From the IMG/VR virus record IMGVR_UViG_2848092901_000003, positions 1 to 64,000 of that record: 64,000 nt of DNA, one strand, 5' to 3'. The DNA is from a virus. Taxonomy: Duplodnaviria; Caudoviricetes. How positions within the stretch are numbered: the first letter of the stretch is position 1; every line of letters begins with the position of its first letter. The notes beneath the pieces are model-generated. The model was given only the letters and a program-made list of their open reading frames with translations, ran no database searches and was not told the DNA's origin. A program made the position numbers and the translations under genes. Shown one piece after another: positions 1 to 9,209 of the stretch.

Positions 1-138
1 TAACAATTCTCCTTAAAATTATATACATAAACAATTTCGTCATTTGCTTTATTTCTACCACCTGCTTTTTCATAACACTTACAAGCAGAAATATTACTTT
101 TATTTGTTATTAAATACATCTTATAACATTCAATAGAT

Positions 139-552
139 TTAGCATATCATCATTTCAATATAAATCAATTTCACTTTCCCCAGATACGTCTCTTGAAGAA
201 GCTTCAGCGCATCGATGTTATCGCCCTCAATGTAGATATTCTCTGTATCGATGCTACCGGGTGTTCCGTCTCTGCCGACAGACTTCTCCCTGTCAAGGCG
301 CAAGGTCTTAGCAATAGGTTGGTTGGCAAGTACCACCGATTTCTTTTTATCCGGCCATGTGAACTGGTAGCGTTCCTGCGCTCCCTCGACCACAGCCGCA
401 GAGATTTCCTGGCGCAGCACGTCCGCATCAATTGCACGGACAACCTCACCGTCCTCATTTATTGTTTCGGTCACGGCGTTTGGGAACATCGCGGCAAGTT
501 TCCTGAAATTCTCCTCCGCCAGATCGGGTGTATGCATCTTAAGATTCTCCAT
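139..552 (-). pseudogene. mod: Type III R-M Mod methyltransferase, 5' fragment interrupted at IYID(PPY)
   Basis: Mod N-terminus (ERYQFTWPDKK, NIYIEGDNIDALKLLQETYLGKVKLIYI) followed by EMMIC-stop instead of DPPY; very AT-rich unrelated DNA follows. Confidence 0.88.
143..160 (-). other. Putative att-like junction of a further element inserted in mod
   Basis: Minus strand TATTGA|AATGATGATATG; compositional break at 155; an RBS (AAGGAG) at the window edge points to a gene further left. Confidence 0.6.
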
Positions 553-1171
553 GTTTCAAATCCTCCAGTTCCTGTTTATAGCCACGAAGGCGTGTATAAA
601 GTTCAAATTGTTTCTTCGGCTGTTGCTCCTTCCAGGCAGCAGCCTCAGTCTTTGCTATCAGCTTCTCCAGTTTCAGTATTTGCTCCTGTAGAGCAAGGCG
701 TTCATCCACCGAAAGGGAAGCCGATTTTTCAGCCCGCTCATCATAAAGAGCAATCTGTTCCACAAAAGCCTCCCATATCTCATCGAGGGAGAAGCCCTGA
801 GGTTTCAGGCTTATTTCTGAAGCGTCCATCCACTGTGTCCGATAAAGTTTGCTATGATAAAGGGCAAGCTGACGGCTATCCTCGAACATAAGCAGAAAGA
901 CCAGATTGTGAGGATTCTGCTTTGCAATCGCCTCTATTACTTTGCCATCAAACTCCTGCTTCTTTAAAGTTATCGACAGCAACAGTATTTCCTTTATCTC
1001 CGAATCCGTGTTCAGGTTCAGATTATCTTTTGTGAGGCTGTTCTCTATAACAATCCTTTCCACATCGGACACGAACTTGTCCTTCAGCGCTTTTGTCAGT
1101 GGCAGATGCTTGTAGAACGCCTCTTTCGGCAAACGACGGTGAACCGCCGTTGCAGTAGGAAAATCAATCAT
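539..1171 (-). CDS. DUF4391 family protein
   Basis: RRLPKEAFYKH and EAFVEQIAL motifs, coiled-coil C-terminus (KEQQPKKQFELY); lies between SNF2 and mod. Confidence 0.8.
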   Translation of the reverse strand: MIDFPTATAVHRRLPKEAFYKHLPLTKALKDKFVSDVERIVIENSLTKDNLNLNTDSEIKEILLLSITLKKQEFDGKVIEAIAKQNPHNLVFLLMFEDSRQLALYHSKLYRTQWMDASEISLKPQGFSLDEIWEAFVEQIALYDERAEKSASLSVDERLALQEQILKLEKLIAKTEAAAWKEQQPKKQFELYTRLRGYKQELEDLKHGES

Positions 1172-4100
1172 CTCTAATCACCACCATAAAGCATATCAGT
1201 TCAAAATCATCCAATCCTGAAAAACCACCGGACAGAAATGTGGTCTGACCGCCTCTAAAGAAACTGTCAATGTCTCCCTCATCCTTTGCATCAATGATCG
1301 ACATGATAGCATCCTCCAATAGCTGGGAAACCTTGCTCATGTTTTTGCCATTGTTTGTGGCTTTATTGAATTGCTTGCACAACACTTTGTCCGGCACAGC
1401 CTTTCCACGAGAGAGGTGACGCATCACATCGAGTGTATCCTTCGGCTGTAAATGGTTTGTAATAACCTCGCCGTCCATGCCGACGTACACCATATAGAAC
1501 GGATGCAGCCTATTCTGATTCTGAATATTGATGTGTTCGTTAATATTCTTCAGTACGAAAATCACGCCAGGCTTTTCGCCCTTTACTACGGCATGAATTC
1601 CGAATGGTGTGTGATCGATATTTCCATGCTCCTTCATGTAGGCGAGCAGGTCCATACGGAACTCATTCAAGCCTAAATCCATAATGGAAACACCGCTGGT
1701 CATATCTTCCAAGTCAACCACTTCCTCCTGGAGCTTCTTTAACTGGCTGCGGCGATATTCGAGGTCGCCTTTTTCTTCCTGATTGATAAGGTCATCATCG
1801 CCGGTTGAAGTCATAACGGAAATACGCATCCTTGTCTCAACCCTGGACTTGAGGTTGATGTATTCGTCCAAATCCAAATCAGGCCAAAAGTTCACAAGCT
1901 GAATCACAGCATTTCTGCTGCCGATACGGTCGATACGTCCGAATCGCTGAATAATGCGGACGGGATTCCAATGGATATCATAGTTGATGCAAAAATCGCA
2001 GTCCTGCAAGTTTTGTCCTTCCGAAATGCAGTCAGTGGCAATGAGAATATCAATCTCGGTCTTGTCATTCGGATACAGAACGTCTCTATCCTTGGACATC
2101 GGAGAAAAGCAGGAAAGCACGTGGTTCATATCTGCTTTAAACTTCGGAATTGTAGTCTTGCCATCCACCGAGCCGGTCACGAGCGCAGTATGTAAGCCCA
2201 ACTCATCCCTTGCCATACCGCTGATGTTGTCGAAGAGGTACTCGGCGGTATCGGAGAAGGCGGTAAAAATCAACACTTTCCGATTACCTTCGTTAATCGG
2301 GGCAGCCACCTTTTCACGGATAACACGAATGAGTTCGTTTAGCTTGAAATCGTACTCCGGCGTAATATCTTCCACCATGAGTATCAAAAGCTGGAGATTC
2401 TCAATATCCTCGTCAATATCGCGCTTCCACGAGATGTAATCCATATCCCGCAGGTCAATCTTGACTTTCTTTCCCACGCTGAAGAAATCCGTGTTCTGGT
2501 CATCATAGTCAAAATCATCCGCTACAGCAGAGAGATCGCGCATCTCATCAAGGTCTCCCGTGCCGTCCATCATGAACTGTTCGATAGCCTGCGAAGTGTC
2601 ATACAGATAATCATAAATGCGGCGCACGGTCAGAAGAAACGAATGAACAGAACTTTCCATGCGCTTTAAGAGATTAATGCTCATTAAACGCTGGATACCA
2701 AGTTCACGGCCTTTGCGGAAGTTCTCCGATTCCTTCTCGTCCAGATACTTGTGCAGTTTACTGGCATGAATATAAATAGTCGGCGTATATATCGTCAGCT
2801 GCAGTTTCGACAGCAGCTCGAACACTTCTTTGTAATTTATCGCTCCCGGACGGTCAGTCAATTTCGGTCTTAGCGAGATTGGCTTGTTCCTTGCTGGGAA
2901 TGTACCGATATCTGTAACATCATAATAATTCTGTATATGCTTCCTCGATCGAGCAATCGTTACGCTGTCCAGCACCTCGAAGAAGTCAAAATCAAGCTGT
3001 GAAAGTAACGTGGCAGTTGTCCGTTCACTCTCCGGCAATTTGCACCATGCATTATAGACCTTCTGCGCCTGGCGGAAGATGGTATCGATATCTGACTTTG
3101 TATTCAGCTTCTCATTGAATTCGGATGGATCGCCCTCATAGGCAAGCGCCAGCTGGTTACGTAGGTCGTAAAAACGATTGTTTACCGGTGTCGCCGAAAG
3201 CATCAGCACTTTAGTCTTTACACCTGGTTTTATGACTCGGTTCATCAGCCGCATATAGCGATTTTCCTTTTCTCCGCCACGGCTGTCTGTTCCGTTTCCG
3301 TTACGGAAATTGTGGCTCTCATCAATAACGACCAAATCATAATTTCCCCAATTGATACGGTCAATCGGCAGACCAATCACGGTATTGCCGCTGTCTCTGG
3401 AAAGGTCGGTATGATACAGAATGTCATACCGAAGCCTGTCTGCGGCAAGTGGATTGTTAATGAGGTTTCCGCGATAGGTCATCCAGTTCTCTGACAGCTT
3501 TTTCGGGCAGAGAACGAGGACATTCTTATTGCGACCCTCGTAGTATTTGATAACGGCAAGTGCAGTGAAGGTCTTGCCAAGACCAACGCTGTCCGCAAGA
3601 ATACAACCGCTATATTGTTCCAGTTTATTGATAATAGCAAGGGCGGCATCTTTCTGAAAGTTGAACAGCTTGTTCCAAATAACGCTGTCCTTAAAGCCTG
3701 TAGCCTCATTTGGAAGAACATCATCAGAAATATCCTCCAGAAATTCGCTGAAAATGTTGTAGATAGTCATAAAATAGACTAATTCCGGCGCATTTTCCTG
3801 GTAGACTGTGGAGATCATTTCGATGACTTCTTCCGTAACATCGGTCAGTTTATCTTCGTCACTCCAAACGGAATCGAACATTCGTAAGAATTCTGCACTT
3901 GCTGGATTCTCTATGCGGGTAACCATATTTGTCAGATTGTTCCCGCGTTCACAGCCGAGGTCAACAGTCGTGAAAGTGTTCATCGGCATATAGGTATAGG
4001 CGTCCTCCGCTCCGTCCACGAGCAGGAAGTTATTCATTCCTTCGCGGGTAGTGTTAGTCTTAAAACGTACCTTACGGCGCATCCATTCCGCACATTCCTT

Positions 4101-4403
4101 TGCAACGGCCTTCTGCTTAAGTTCATTACGCAGACGGACCTCAAATTCTGTACCATACAGGCTCTTTTCTCTTTTGAGACGGGGAATATAAAATTCACGA
4201 CGTTCCTTCTGCGTTTTCTCCGCAACAAAAGTCGGCGAAGTGAATATGAATCGCAGTTCCTTGCAATCCTCAAGCTGACTCTTCAATTCCTGGTATGCAT
4301 ATATCGAAAAGCAAGCTGCCGCTATAGAGATACGACTGCCTTGCCGTATAGTTTTTTCAAGATCGTCCTTGACTACTTTAGTGGTGTTATTAAAAATCTC
4401 CAC
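1164..4403 (-). CDS. SNF2-family helicase with N-terminal PLD-like domain
   Basis: DSVGLGKT Walker A, VVIDESH, SATP, EGQNLQ and QRFGRIDRIG motifs; GTG start at 4403 chosen from the GGAGG RBS. Confidence 0.88.
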   Translation of the reverse strand: MEIFNNTTKVVKDDLEKTIRQGSRISIAAACFSIYAYQELKSQLEDCKELRFIFTSPTFVAEKTQKERREFYIPRLKREKSLYGTEFEVRLRNELKQKAVAKECAEWMRRKVRFKTNTTREGMNNFLLVDGAEDAYTYMPMNTFTTVDLGCERGNNLTNMVTRIENPASAEFLRMFDSVWSDEDKLTDVTEEVIEMISTVYQENAPELVYFMTIYNIFSEFLEDISDDVLPNEATGFKDSVIWNKLFNFQKDAALAIINKLEQYSGCILADSVGLGKTFTALAVIKYYEGRNKNVLVLCPKKLSENWMTYRGNLINNPLAADRLRYDILYHTDLSRDSGNTVIGLPIDRINWGNYDLVVIDESHNFRNGNGTDSRGGEKENRYMRLMNRVIKPGVKTKVLMLSATPVNNRFYDLRNQLALAYEGDPSEFNEKLNTKSDIDTIFRQAQKVYNAWCKLPESERTTATLLSQLDFDFFEVLDSVTIARSRKHIQNYYDVTDIGTFPARNKPISLRPKLTDRPGAINYKEVFELLSKLQLTIYTPTIYIHASKLHKYLDEKESENFRKGRELGIQRLMSINLLKRMESSVHSFLLTVRRIYDYLYDTSQAIEQFMMDGTGDLDEMRDLSAVADDFDYDDQNTDFFSVGKKVKIDLRDMDYISWKRDIDEDIENLQLLILMVEDITPEYDFKLNELIRVIREKVAAPINEGNRKVLIFTAFSDTAEYLFDNISGMARDELGLHTALVTGSVDGKTTIPKFKADMNHVLSCFSPMSKDRDVLYPNDKTEIDILIATDCISEGQNLQDCDFCINYDIHWNPVRIIQRFGRIDRIGSRNAVIQLVNFWPDLDLDEYINLKSRVETRMRISVMTSTGDDDLINQEEKGDLEYRRSQLKKLQEEVVDLEDMTSGVSIMDLGLNEFRMDLLAYMKEHGNIDHTPFGIHAVVKGEKPGVIFVLKNINEHINIQNQNRLHPFYMVYVGMDGEVITNHLQPKDTLDVMRHLSRGKAVPDKVLCKQFNKATNNGKNMSKVSQLLEDAIMSIIDAKDEGDIDSFFRGGQTTFLSGGFSGLDDFELICFMVVIRDD

Positions 4404-4427
4404 AAGCGCACCCTCCTCCAACGGCTG

Positions 4428-4649
4428 TTACTCTTCAACCGCCTTATCATCATCAATAAATTCCATGATGTCACCGACATCACATTTGAGTGCGCCGCAT
4501 ATACGCAGCAACACATCCGTATTCACATTTCCGCCTTTTCCAAGTTTGGCAACAGAAGTGGCACTGATACCACTCATCTCCCGTAGAGTCTTTTTATTTA
4601 TTCCACGGTCAATAAGAAGTTTGAAAAGTTTGTTGTAGCTAAAACGCAT
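4428..4649 (-). CDS. XRE/Cro-C1-type HTH regulator
   Basis: SYNKLFKLLIDRGINKKTLREMSGISATSVAKLGKGGNVNTDVLLRICGAL pattern; GGAGG RBS 8 nt upstream. Confidence 0.85.
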   Translation of the reverse strand: MRFSYNKLFKLLIDRGINKKTLREMSGISATSVAKLGKGGNVNTDVLLRICGALKCDVGDIMEFIDDDKAVEE

Positions 4650-4689
4650 CTGCATTACCTCCGTGATTTCTTTCTATATTCTACATTAA

Positions 4690-6516
4690 TTACTTCACAT
4701 CATTTAGGAATCCATATCGTGTTCCCGGAATCAATCCTTTGCCGAAGGTTTCAACGACCGCACCATGCTTCTCATATTCAAGGGAAGGGATATGGTCAAG
4801 GTTCTCGATAATAATAAGCTGACCCTCATCCTGATGATTCATGAAGTAGCGGTAAAGCCCAGCTCTCATGCTATCCGGCATCCTGTCATCCACTCCATCA
4901 TCAAAGCCATGAAGTGGAGTATCAATGATAAAGATGTGAGGATCGAATTTAGCGTTTAGCGCCAGATATTTCCGTAGCATCATAATCATCACTGTATTAA
5001 GGTAAGAACGATAACCTTTACCGTGGCTCGTTCCTTTATCCTCACCATTTACCTCAATATCAAATGTTGTAAAATTAAAGTGCGCCTGAAGTAAACCGGA
5101 ATAATTGCATTCCTTAAGAATGGAATTGGCATATTCAGACATCGTGGTGGCAAAATCATCCCCAAAGTAGTCCTTGGGATGATACTCTAAAGTCTTATCA
5201 TTTTTCTGCTCGTTTTCTAAAGCAGTCAGATCGTTTCCAAAGTCCGTGGCATAGGCTTCAATCAATGCAATCTCACTGGCAATTCGGAGATATGCCTTGT
5301 AAGCATTGACTGTGTTTTGTTGCTCACTTTCCTGGGGACGTAGTTCTGTTTTAATTTTAGATTCGAGAGCATCACGCTGCCGCTTTAACTCGACAAGTTC
5401 GGCCCTGATTTCTTTCTTACGATCCTCGACATCTCTCTCCGTATCCTCAAGGCCGGAAAGTTGGGCCATCGTCCGCTCCATCTCTACTTTGGACGCAGCA
5501 ATATAGGATATCCGCTTACGAGGAGTAATCGTTCCTTCGCAGTATGGACATTTGGTGGCTTGTGGAACTTCCTGATAGGCTTCTTCGCCCTCGACAATGA
5601 GAGAAAGCCGTTGAATATCAGCTTTATACTGCGCAGCAAGTCTGTGGTATCTCGTCAAAAGAACATCGCACTCCGCAGCTCGTTCCTCTGCTTCCAGAAT
5701 GGAAGAGAGGATTTTTTGGCTCTCTGCAAGGGCACAGTCGATTTTTCTCTGTGTTTCCTGTAGGGCAGCAGTCGCTTGAGCTATCTGCGCTTCGACATCT
5801 GCGTCATCAAAAATATGCAAATCTTGTTCAAGCTGCTCCTTGCGTTCCGCAGCATCCCGGATTTTCCGATTGACATACTCGGCTACAGCCTTTCGGCGCG
5901 CTTTCTTTATTTCCTTTTTCTCTTGGGCATCTGTCTCTGTAAAAGTCCTGCCGGTAATTAGATACAAAAGTGCCGACAAAAACAGCGTATTCTCCATGTA
6001 ACGATGTTTTGGTTCTACGATAGAGTCGATATCATCAATCCGGTTTTCATCCAAATAAAATACACGCAGCAAATTGCGCCAGGTGAGTCGCTTCTTTTCA
6101 AACCTTGCGTTCGTTATAATCATGGTTTCTTGTTCAATGCCAATGAGCTTCAGCCATACTTCGTTCAGAGGCGGATTCTTAGCTCCCTTTCGGTAATTGA
6201 CATCATAGGTACCACTGTCTATACCGTCTATGGTGCTGGTCACCTCTACCTGATTCTTTCCCACATTTCTATGAAGAGCGACTTCGCCATCACGGTCATT
6301 TGATTCGACAATCATGGTCACGCCGTCATATTTTGCCGTTTCCTTAAACGGCTTGTCCACGGAGCCACCGAAGATAAAGTCAATACAATTCGCCACGCAG
6401 GTCTTTCCACTGTCAGAGCGTCCCTGTATGATGGTCAGTCCTTTACCGAAGGAAACGCTGGCATCGCCCTTGGTGGCGCTTTTCGCTATAACTTTTTTGA
6501 TGTAAAATCCTGCCAT
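4690..6516 (-). CDS. lmuB: SMC/Rad50-like ABC ATPase (Lamassu LmuB-like / ABC-three-component ATPase)
   Basis: Walker A GRSDSGKT, long coiled coil with CPYC hook, SHGKG signature, IFIIDTP Walker B. Confidence 0.8.
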   Translation of the reverse strand: MAGFYIKKVIAKSATKGDASVSFGKGLTIIQGRSDSGKTCVANCIDFIFGGSVDKPFKETAKYDGVTMIVESNDRDGEVALHRNVGKNQVEVTSTIDGIDSGTYDVNYRKGAKNPPLNEVWLKLIGIEQETMIITNARFEKKRLTWRNLLRVFYLDENRIDDIDSIVEPKHRYMENTLFLSALLYLITGRTFTETDAQEKKEIKKARRKAVAEYVNRKIRDAAERKEQLEQDLHIFDDADVEAQIAQATAALQETQRKIDCALAESQKILSSILEAEERAAECDVLLTRYHRLAAQYKADIQRLSLIVEGEEAYQEVPQATKCPYCEGTITPRKRISYIAASKVEMERTMAQLSGLEDTERDVEDRKKEIRAELVELKRQRDALESKIKTELRPQESEQQNTVNAYKAYLRIASEIALIEAYATDFGNDLTALENEQKNDKTLEYHPKDYFGDDFATTMSEYANSILKECNYSGLLQAHFNFTTFDIEVNGEDKGTSHGKGYRSYLNTVMIMMLRKYLALNAKFDPHIFIIDTPLHGFDDGVDDRMPDSMRAGLYRYFMNHQDEGQLIIIENLDHIPSLEYEKHGAVVETFGKGLIPGTRYGFLNDVK

Positions 6517-6520
6517 TGCG

Positions 6521-6970
6521 TTACCTCCTTAAAGATTTCGTTGACTGTCGACTGATTTCGTTGAACAACTGGACATCGCTATAGTTCCCATACTTCTCAA
6601 TCACAAGCCGCATCAGCTCTTTATACCGCTTGGCATATTCTGATTGGAAACCCTCACTCATGTTTCTTCCACTTTCCGAAACAGAATAAAGGATACCTGT
6701 TTCATCATCCGTGGCTATAACCAGTCCATCAACTACCAGATTCTTTATTGCAGTTTTTGTAAGGCTCCGCCTTGCGGATAGTTCGCTAAATGCAAAGCCA
6801 TTCTCCCCATTTAAAGACTTATCCGCAACACCGAAATCCTCACAGTAAATCGTTATGAAATCATAAGCGGTAATTCTGTCGAGTGTAATTTCGGCATTCG
6901 CCACATCAAGAAGAAGTACCACGTGGAGAGACAGTTCAAAGGGGGTATTGAAAAGTCTGTTATTCATCAA
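6521..6970 (-). CDS. lmuC: ABC-three-component middle component (LmuC-like)
   Basis: FNTPFELSLHV and LDRITAYDFITIY motifs, about 150 aa, directly upstream of the ATPase. Confidence 0.72.
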   Translation of the reverse strand: MMNNRLFNTPFELSLHVVLLLDVANAEITLDRITAYDFITIYCEDFGVADKSLNGENGFAFSELSARRSLTKTAIKNLVVDGLVIATDDETGILYSVSESGRNMSEGFQSEYAKRYKELMRLVIEKYGNYSDVQLFNEISRQSTKSLRR

Positions 6971-7937
6971 TGTTCACCCACGACTCAATCACGCCGTCAT
7001 TCACCAATATGTGGCAAATGCCTTTCTTCTCCAAATTGCCGATCAGATTCCGCATTTGGCTGAGTACGGAACTGTCGAGTGTGGTGCTTGTTATTTTTTC
7101 AAGGACAGCATTCAGCCTTGCGTAACCATCCTCGTAATCCTTCCAATATGTAGTATTGATGCCGTGCCATGCATCATCCTTCAGTCTGCCGAACTCATCC
7201 TCTCCGTCATCGAAGATATCCCGGACAGATCGTTCAATACTTACCGCACTGTAATATGCCATGCGCTGTTCCTTGTAGTTCTCTGCATATCGTTTCGGAA
7301 GGGAAGGAACATCGTCAGCAGTAAAAGTCTCCTTGTTTAATTTCTGAGCATACGCCTCATACAAGGCGCGAATGTAATCCAGTTCATGCTTGCCTACATC
7401 ATCAGGGACAAGCGTCTGATGAATCGTTATGACCTCACCGGATATATGTAATTTATCGCCTCTGCGCTCAATTGTCGCAGGGGCTATATTTTTTAGACTC
7501 CTTCCGGTCTCCATGCGCTGGTAATTCAACGCAGTTACATCATCGGACAGTCCCTCGGAACGGCGTCTAATGATCTGAGCAAGGATATTAGCACAGGCCT
7601 GCCCAACCTCGGAAGGCTCGACATCAAAGCTAAACTCAGCCAGCTTGTCCTTCATGTGGTTCAAGGCATCAAAGGAGTATGTATTTACGAAATCAGCAAA
7701 CTTTGCCTCGTCCAGTCGAGGCGTAAGTGCAGACGCCTTTTTCTGTGAAATTGGAAGTCTGCCACTGTAATATGCCTCCAGTGTAGATTTTCCAAGCTCA
7801 TAGAGGGGATTCGGAGAAGCTTTTTCCAATGCCTCATCATCCAGGATGGCATCCGTCAGAATCTTCACAAATTCTGCGGCGTTCATTTTTGTTTCGTAAT
7901 TATGATGCATGAACTGTACAAGGTCGCAGAACTTCAA
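6960..7937 (-). CDS. ABC-three-component CTD protein (LmuA-like) with N-terminal helical/HTH-like domain
   Basis: C-terminal ELDYIRALYEAY, EQRMAYYSA, DGYARL and KKGICHILVND..W motifs; TTG start at 7937 behind AAAGGAGG. Confidence 0.7.
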   Translation of the reverse strand: MKFCDLVQFMHHNYETKMNAAEFVKILTDAILDDEALEKASPNPLYELGKSTLEAYYSGRLPISQKKASALTPRLDEAKFADFVNTYSFDALNHMKDKLAEFSFDVEPSEVGQACANILAQIIRRRSEGLSDDVTALNYQRMETGRSLKNIAPATIERRGDKLHISGEVITIHQTLVPDDVGKHELDYIRALYEAYAQKLNKETFTADDVPSLPKRYAENYKEQRMAYYSAVSIERSVRDIFDDGEDEFGRLKDDAWHGINTTYWKDYEDGYARLNAVLEKITSTTLDSSVLSQMRNLIGNLEKKGICHILVNDGVIESWVNIDE

Positions 7938-7956
7938 GTTGACACCCTCCTTTCCA

Positions 7957-7994
7957 ATGTAGGCATTTATGTAGGCAGATGTAGGCAAACCTAC
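7957..7994. repeat. Three ATGTAGGCA direct repeats plus GTAGG-N4-CCTAC palindrome; putative operator
   Basis: Copies at 7957, 7969 and 7979; palindrome 7981-7994; just upstream of the RBS of the leftward operon. Confidence 0.75.
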
Positions 7995-8046
7995 GAGTTT
8001 TGGAAGTCCTATTTTCTATAATGAAATCGTGATAAGGCAGAAGGAG

Positions 8047-8061
8047 CGCACAGTCTGTGCG
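8047..8061. promoter_or_regulatory. Perfect palindrome CGCACAG-T-CTGTGCG; putative operator
   Basis: Direct reading; downstream of the leftward -10 in the divergent intergenic region. Confidence 0.5.
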
Positions 8062-8083
8062 AAATCCAAAACGCCTCATATCA

Positions 8084-8113
8084 CATTATACCACGAGCAA
8101 ACGCGATAATCAA
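8084..8113 (-). promoter_or_regulatory. SigA-type promoter for the leftward defence operon
   Basis: TTGATT (8113-8108), 17 bp spacer, extended -10 TGGTATAAT (8093-8085). Confidence 0.75.
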
Positions 8114-8280
8114 TATAAATTTGTGAACGCAAAACTTATTTTCAAAATAAAGCTATTGATTTGCGTTTGCGAGTGGTGCAATCCCGCCTGACACCGCATC
8201 AGCTGATCACTGATGGCTCAACGGTATCCGGCGGCACAACTCAATATCACAGCTGCCTTTTGAGCGGGTTAGCTGCAATC

Positions 8281-8379
8281 CGAAACGGAGAACTCCGTTA
8301 GGACTGCGGTTAGGTCTTGCACCCTTTTTGCGGCAGCGCCCAGAGTCCTCCGTTTCGAGAAATCGACAAATGGAGGACT
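8281..8379 (+). promoter_or_regulatory. Structured 5' leader with mutually exclusive pairings around the RBS
   Basis: AGTCCTCC (8344-8351) pairs with GGAGGACT (8372-8379); 8281-8295 matches the reverse complement of 8343-8357 at 14/15. Confidence 0.6.
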
Positions 8380-8384
8380 TTTTT

Positions 8385-8897
8385 ATGAAAACCAATGAAA
8401 ATCAGACCACATCAACCATCTACTACCGTCCGCTCAAGCAGTGGATCGAGGTCACCCCGGAACAGAAGCGGGACTGGGAGCGGTTCGTAGGGACTACCCG
8501 CAAGGCGAAGCAGAGAGCCGGAGCCTGCTGCATTCCGTACAAAAAAAGCTACAAATGCGACGGCCTCTGCGATACCTGCGAGTTCCGCTGTATCCCGAAG
8601 GACGCTCCCCAGCATCTTTCCATCGACACTGAGATGGAGAACGCCTACGAAAACGGCGTCTCCCGTACCAGCTTTCTTGCGGACAGCAAACTGACCACGG
8701 AGATCGATATCGACGCCCTGATTCTGAACGGCCTGCTTACGGAGCTTCAGTCATCCGACCCGGAAAGCTACGAGATCCTCATGGCAATTGCGGACGGGCT
8801 TTCCGAACGCGCCGGCGCAGAGCGGCTGCAGATGCCCCGGAACACCTTTGTGTATAAGCGCAATCAGCTGCTGAAGCGGCTCAAGGAAAAATTCTAA
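8385..8897 (+). CDS. Phage sigma-70 region-4-like regulator with Cys-rich motif
   Basis: CCxxxxxxxxCDGLCDTC; C-terminal HTH GLSERAGAERLQMPRNTFVYKRNQLLKRL; first gene of the rightward operon. Confidence 0.7.
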   Translation: MKTNENQTTSTIYYRPLKQWIEVTPEQKRDWERFVGTTRKAKQRAGACCIPYKKSYKCDGLCDTCEFRCIPKDAPQHLSIDTEMENAYENGVSRTSFLADSKLTTEIDIDALILNGLLTELQSSDPESYEILMAIADGLSERAGAERLQMPRNTFVYKRNQLLKRLKEKF

Positions 8898-8902
8898 AAA
8901 TC

Positions 8903-8938
8903 TTTCGGCCAACTCCTCCTTTCCCGTCCAGATGGGTC
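8903..8938 (+). promoter_or_regulatory. Bipartite motif TTTCGGCCAA-N13-GTCCAGATGGGTC, copy 1
   Basis: Identical boxes and spacing recur at 46408-46443. Confidence 0.7.
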
Positions 8939-8984
8939 TGTGAAAGGCAACACAAGACGCCTTGGGAAAGGAGAAAACGCCGAT

Positions 8985-9209
8985 ATGAGTTACAACGCAA
9001 ACCATTATGACGCCCGTGCCGATGAGGACATTGTTGATGTCCTGACCGCAATCAGCGTGGTGTCAAGGAGACTGGCGAGCAACCTGACTGCCGCGCGCCA
9101 GCAGAGCAAATCCAGGGAAGGAGGAAAATTACATGAGCAGAATGAGCGATATGGCACAGACCATCGAAGATCTCCGCAGTGCTGCCGCTGCTATTTCGGA
9201 TGCCGCTGA
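8985..9209 (+). CDS. Small hypothetical phage protein
   Basis: AAAGGAG RBS; overlaps the next gene. Confidence 0.55.
   Translation: MSYNANHYDARADEDIVDVLTAISVVSRRLASNLTAARQQSKSREGGKLHEQNERYGTDHRRSPQCCRCYFGCR

Noticed and set aside
139-200. Phase variation or a simple frameshift as the cause of the mod truncation
   Set aside because: No simple-sequence repeat at the break and no frame continues with PPY; the downstream DNA is compositionally foreign.
193-891. 232-aa plus-strand ORF
   Set aside because: Antisense shadow of mod and DUF4391; no RBS or recognisable motif.
8200-8385. Known riboswitch class (c-di-GMP, SAM) in the leader
   Set aside because: Consensus features not recognised; reported only as an unassigned switch, pending an Rfam search.
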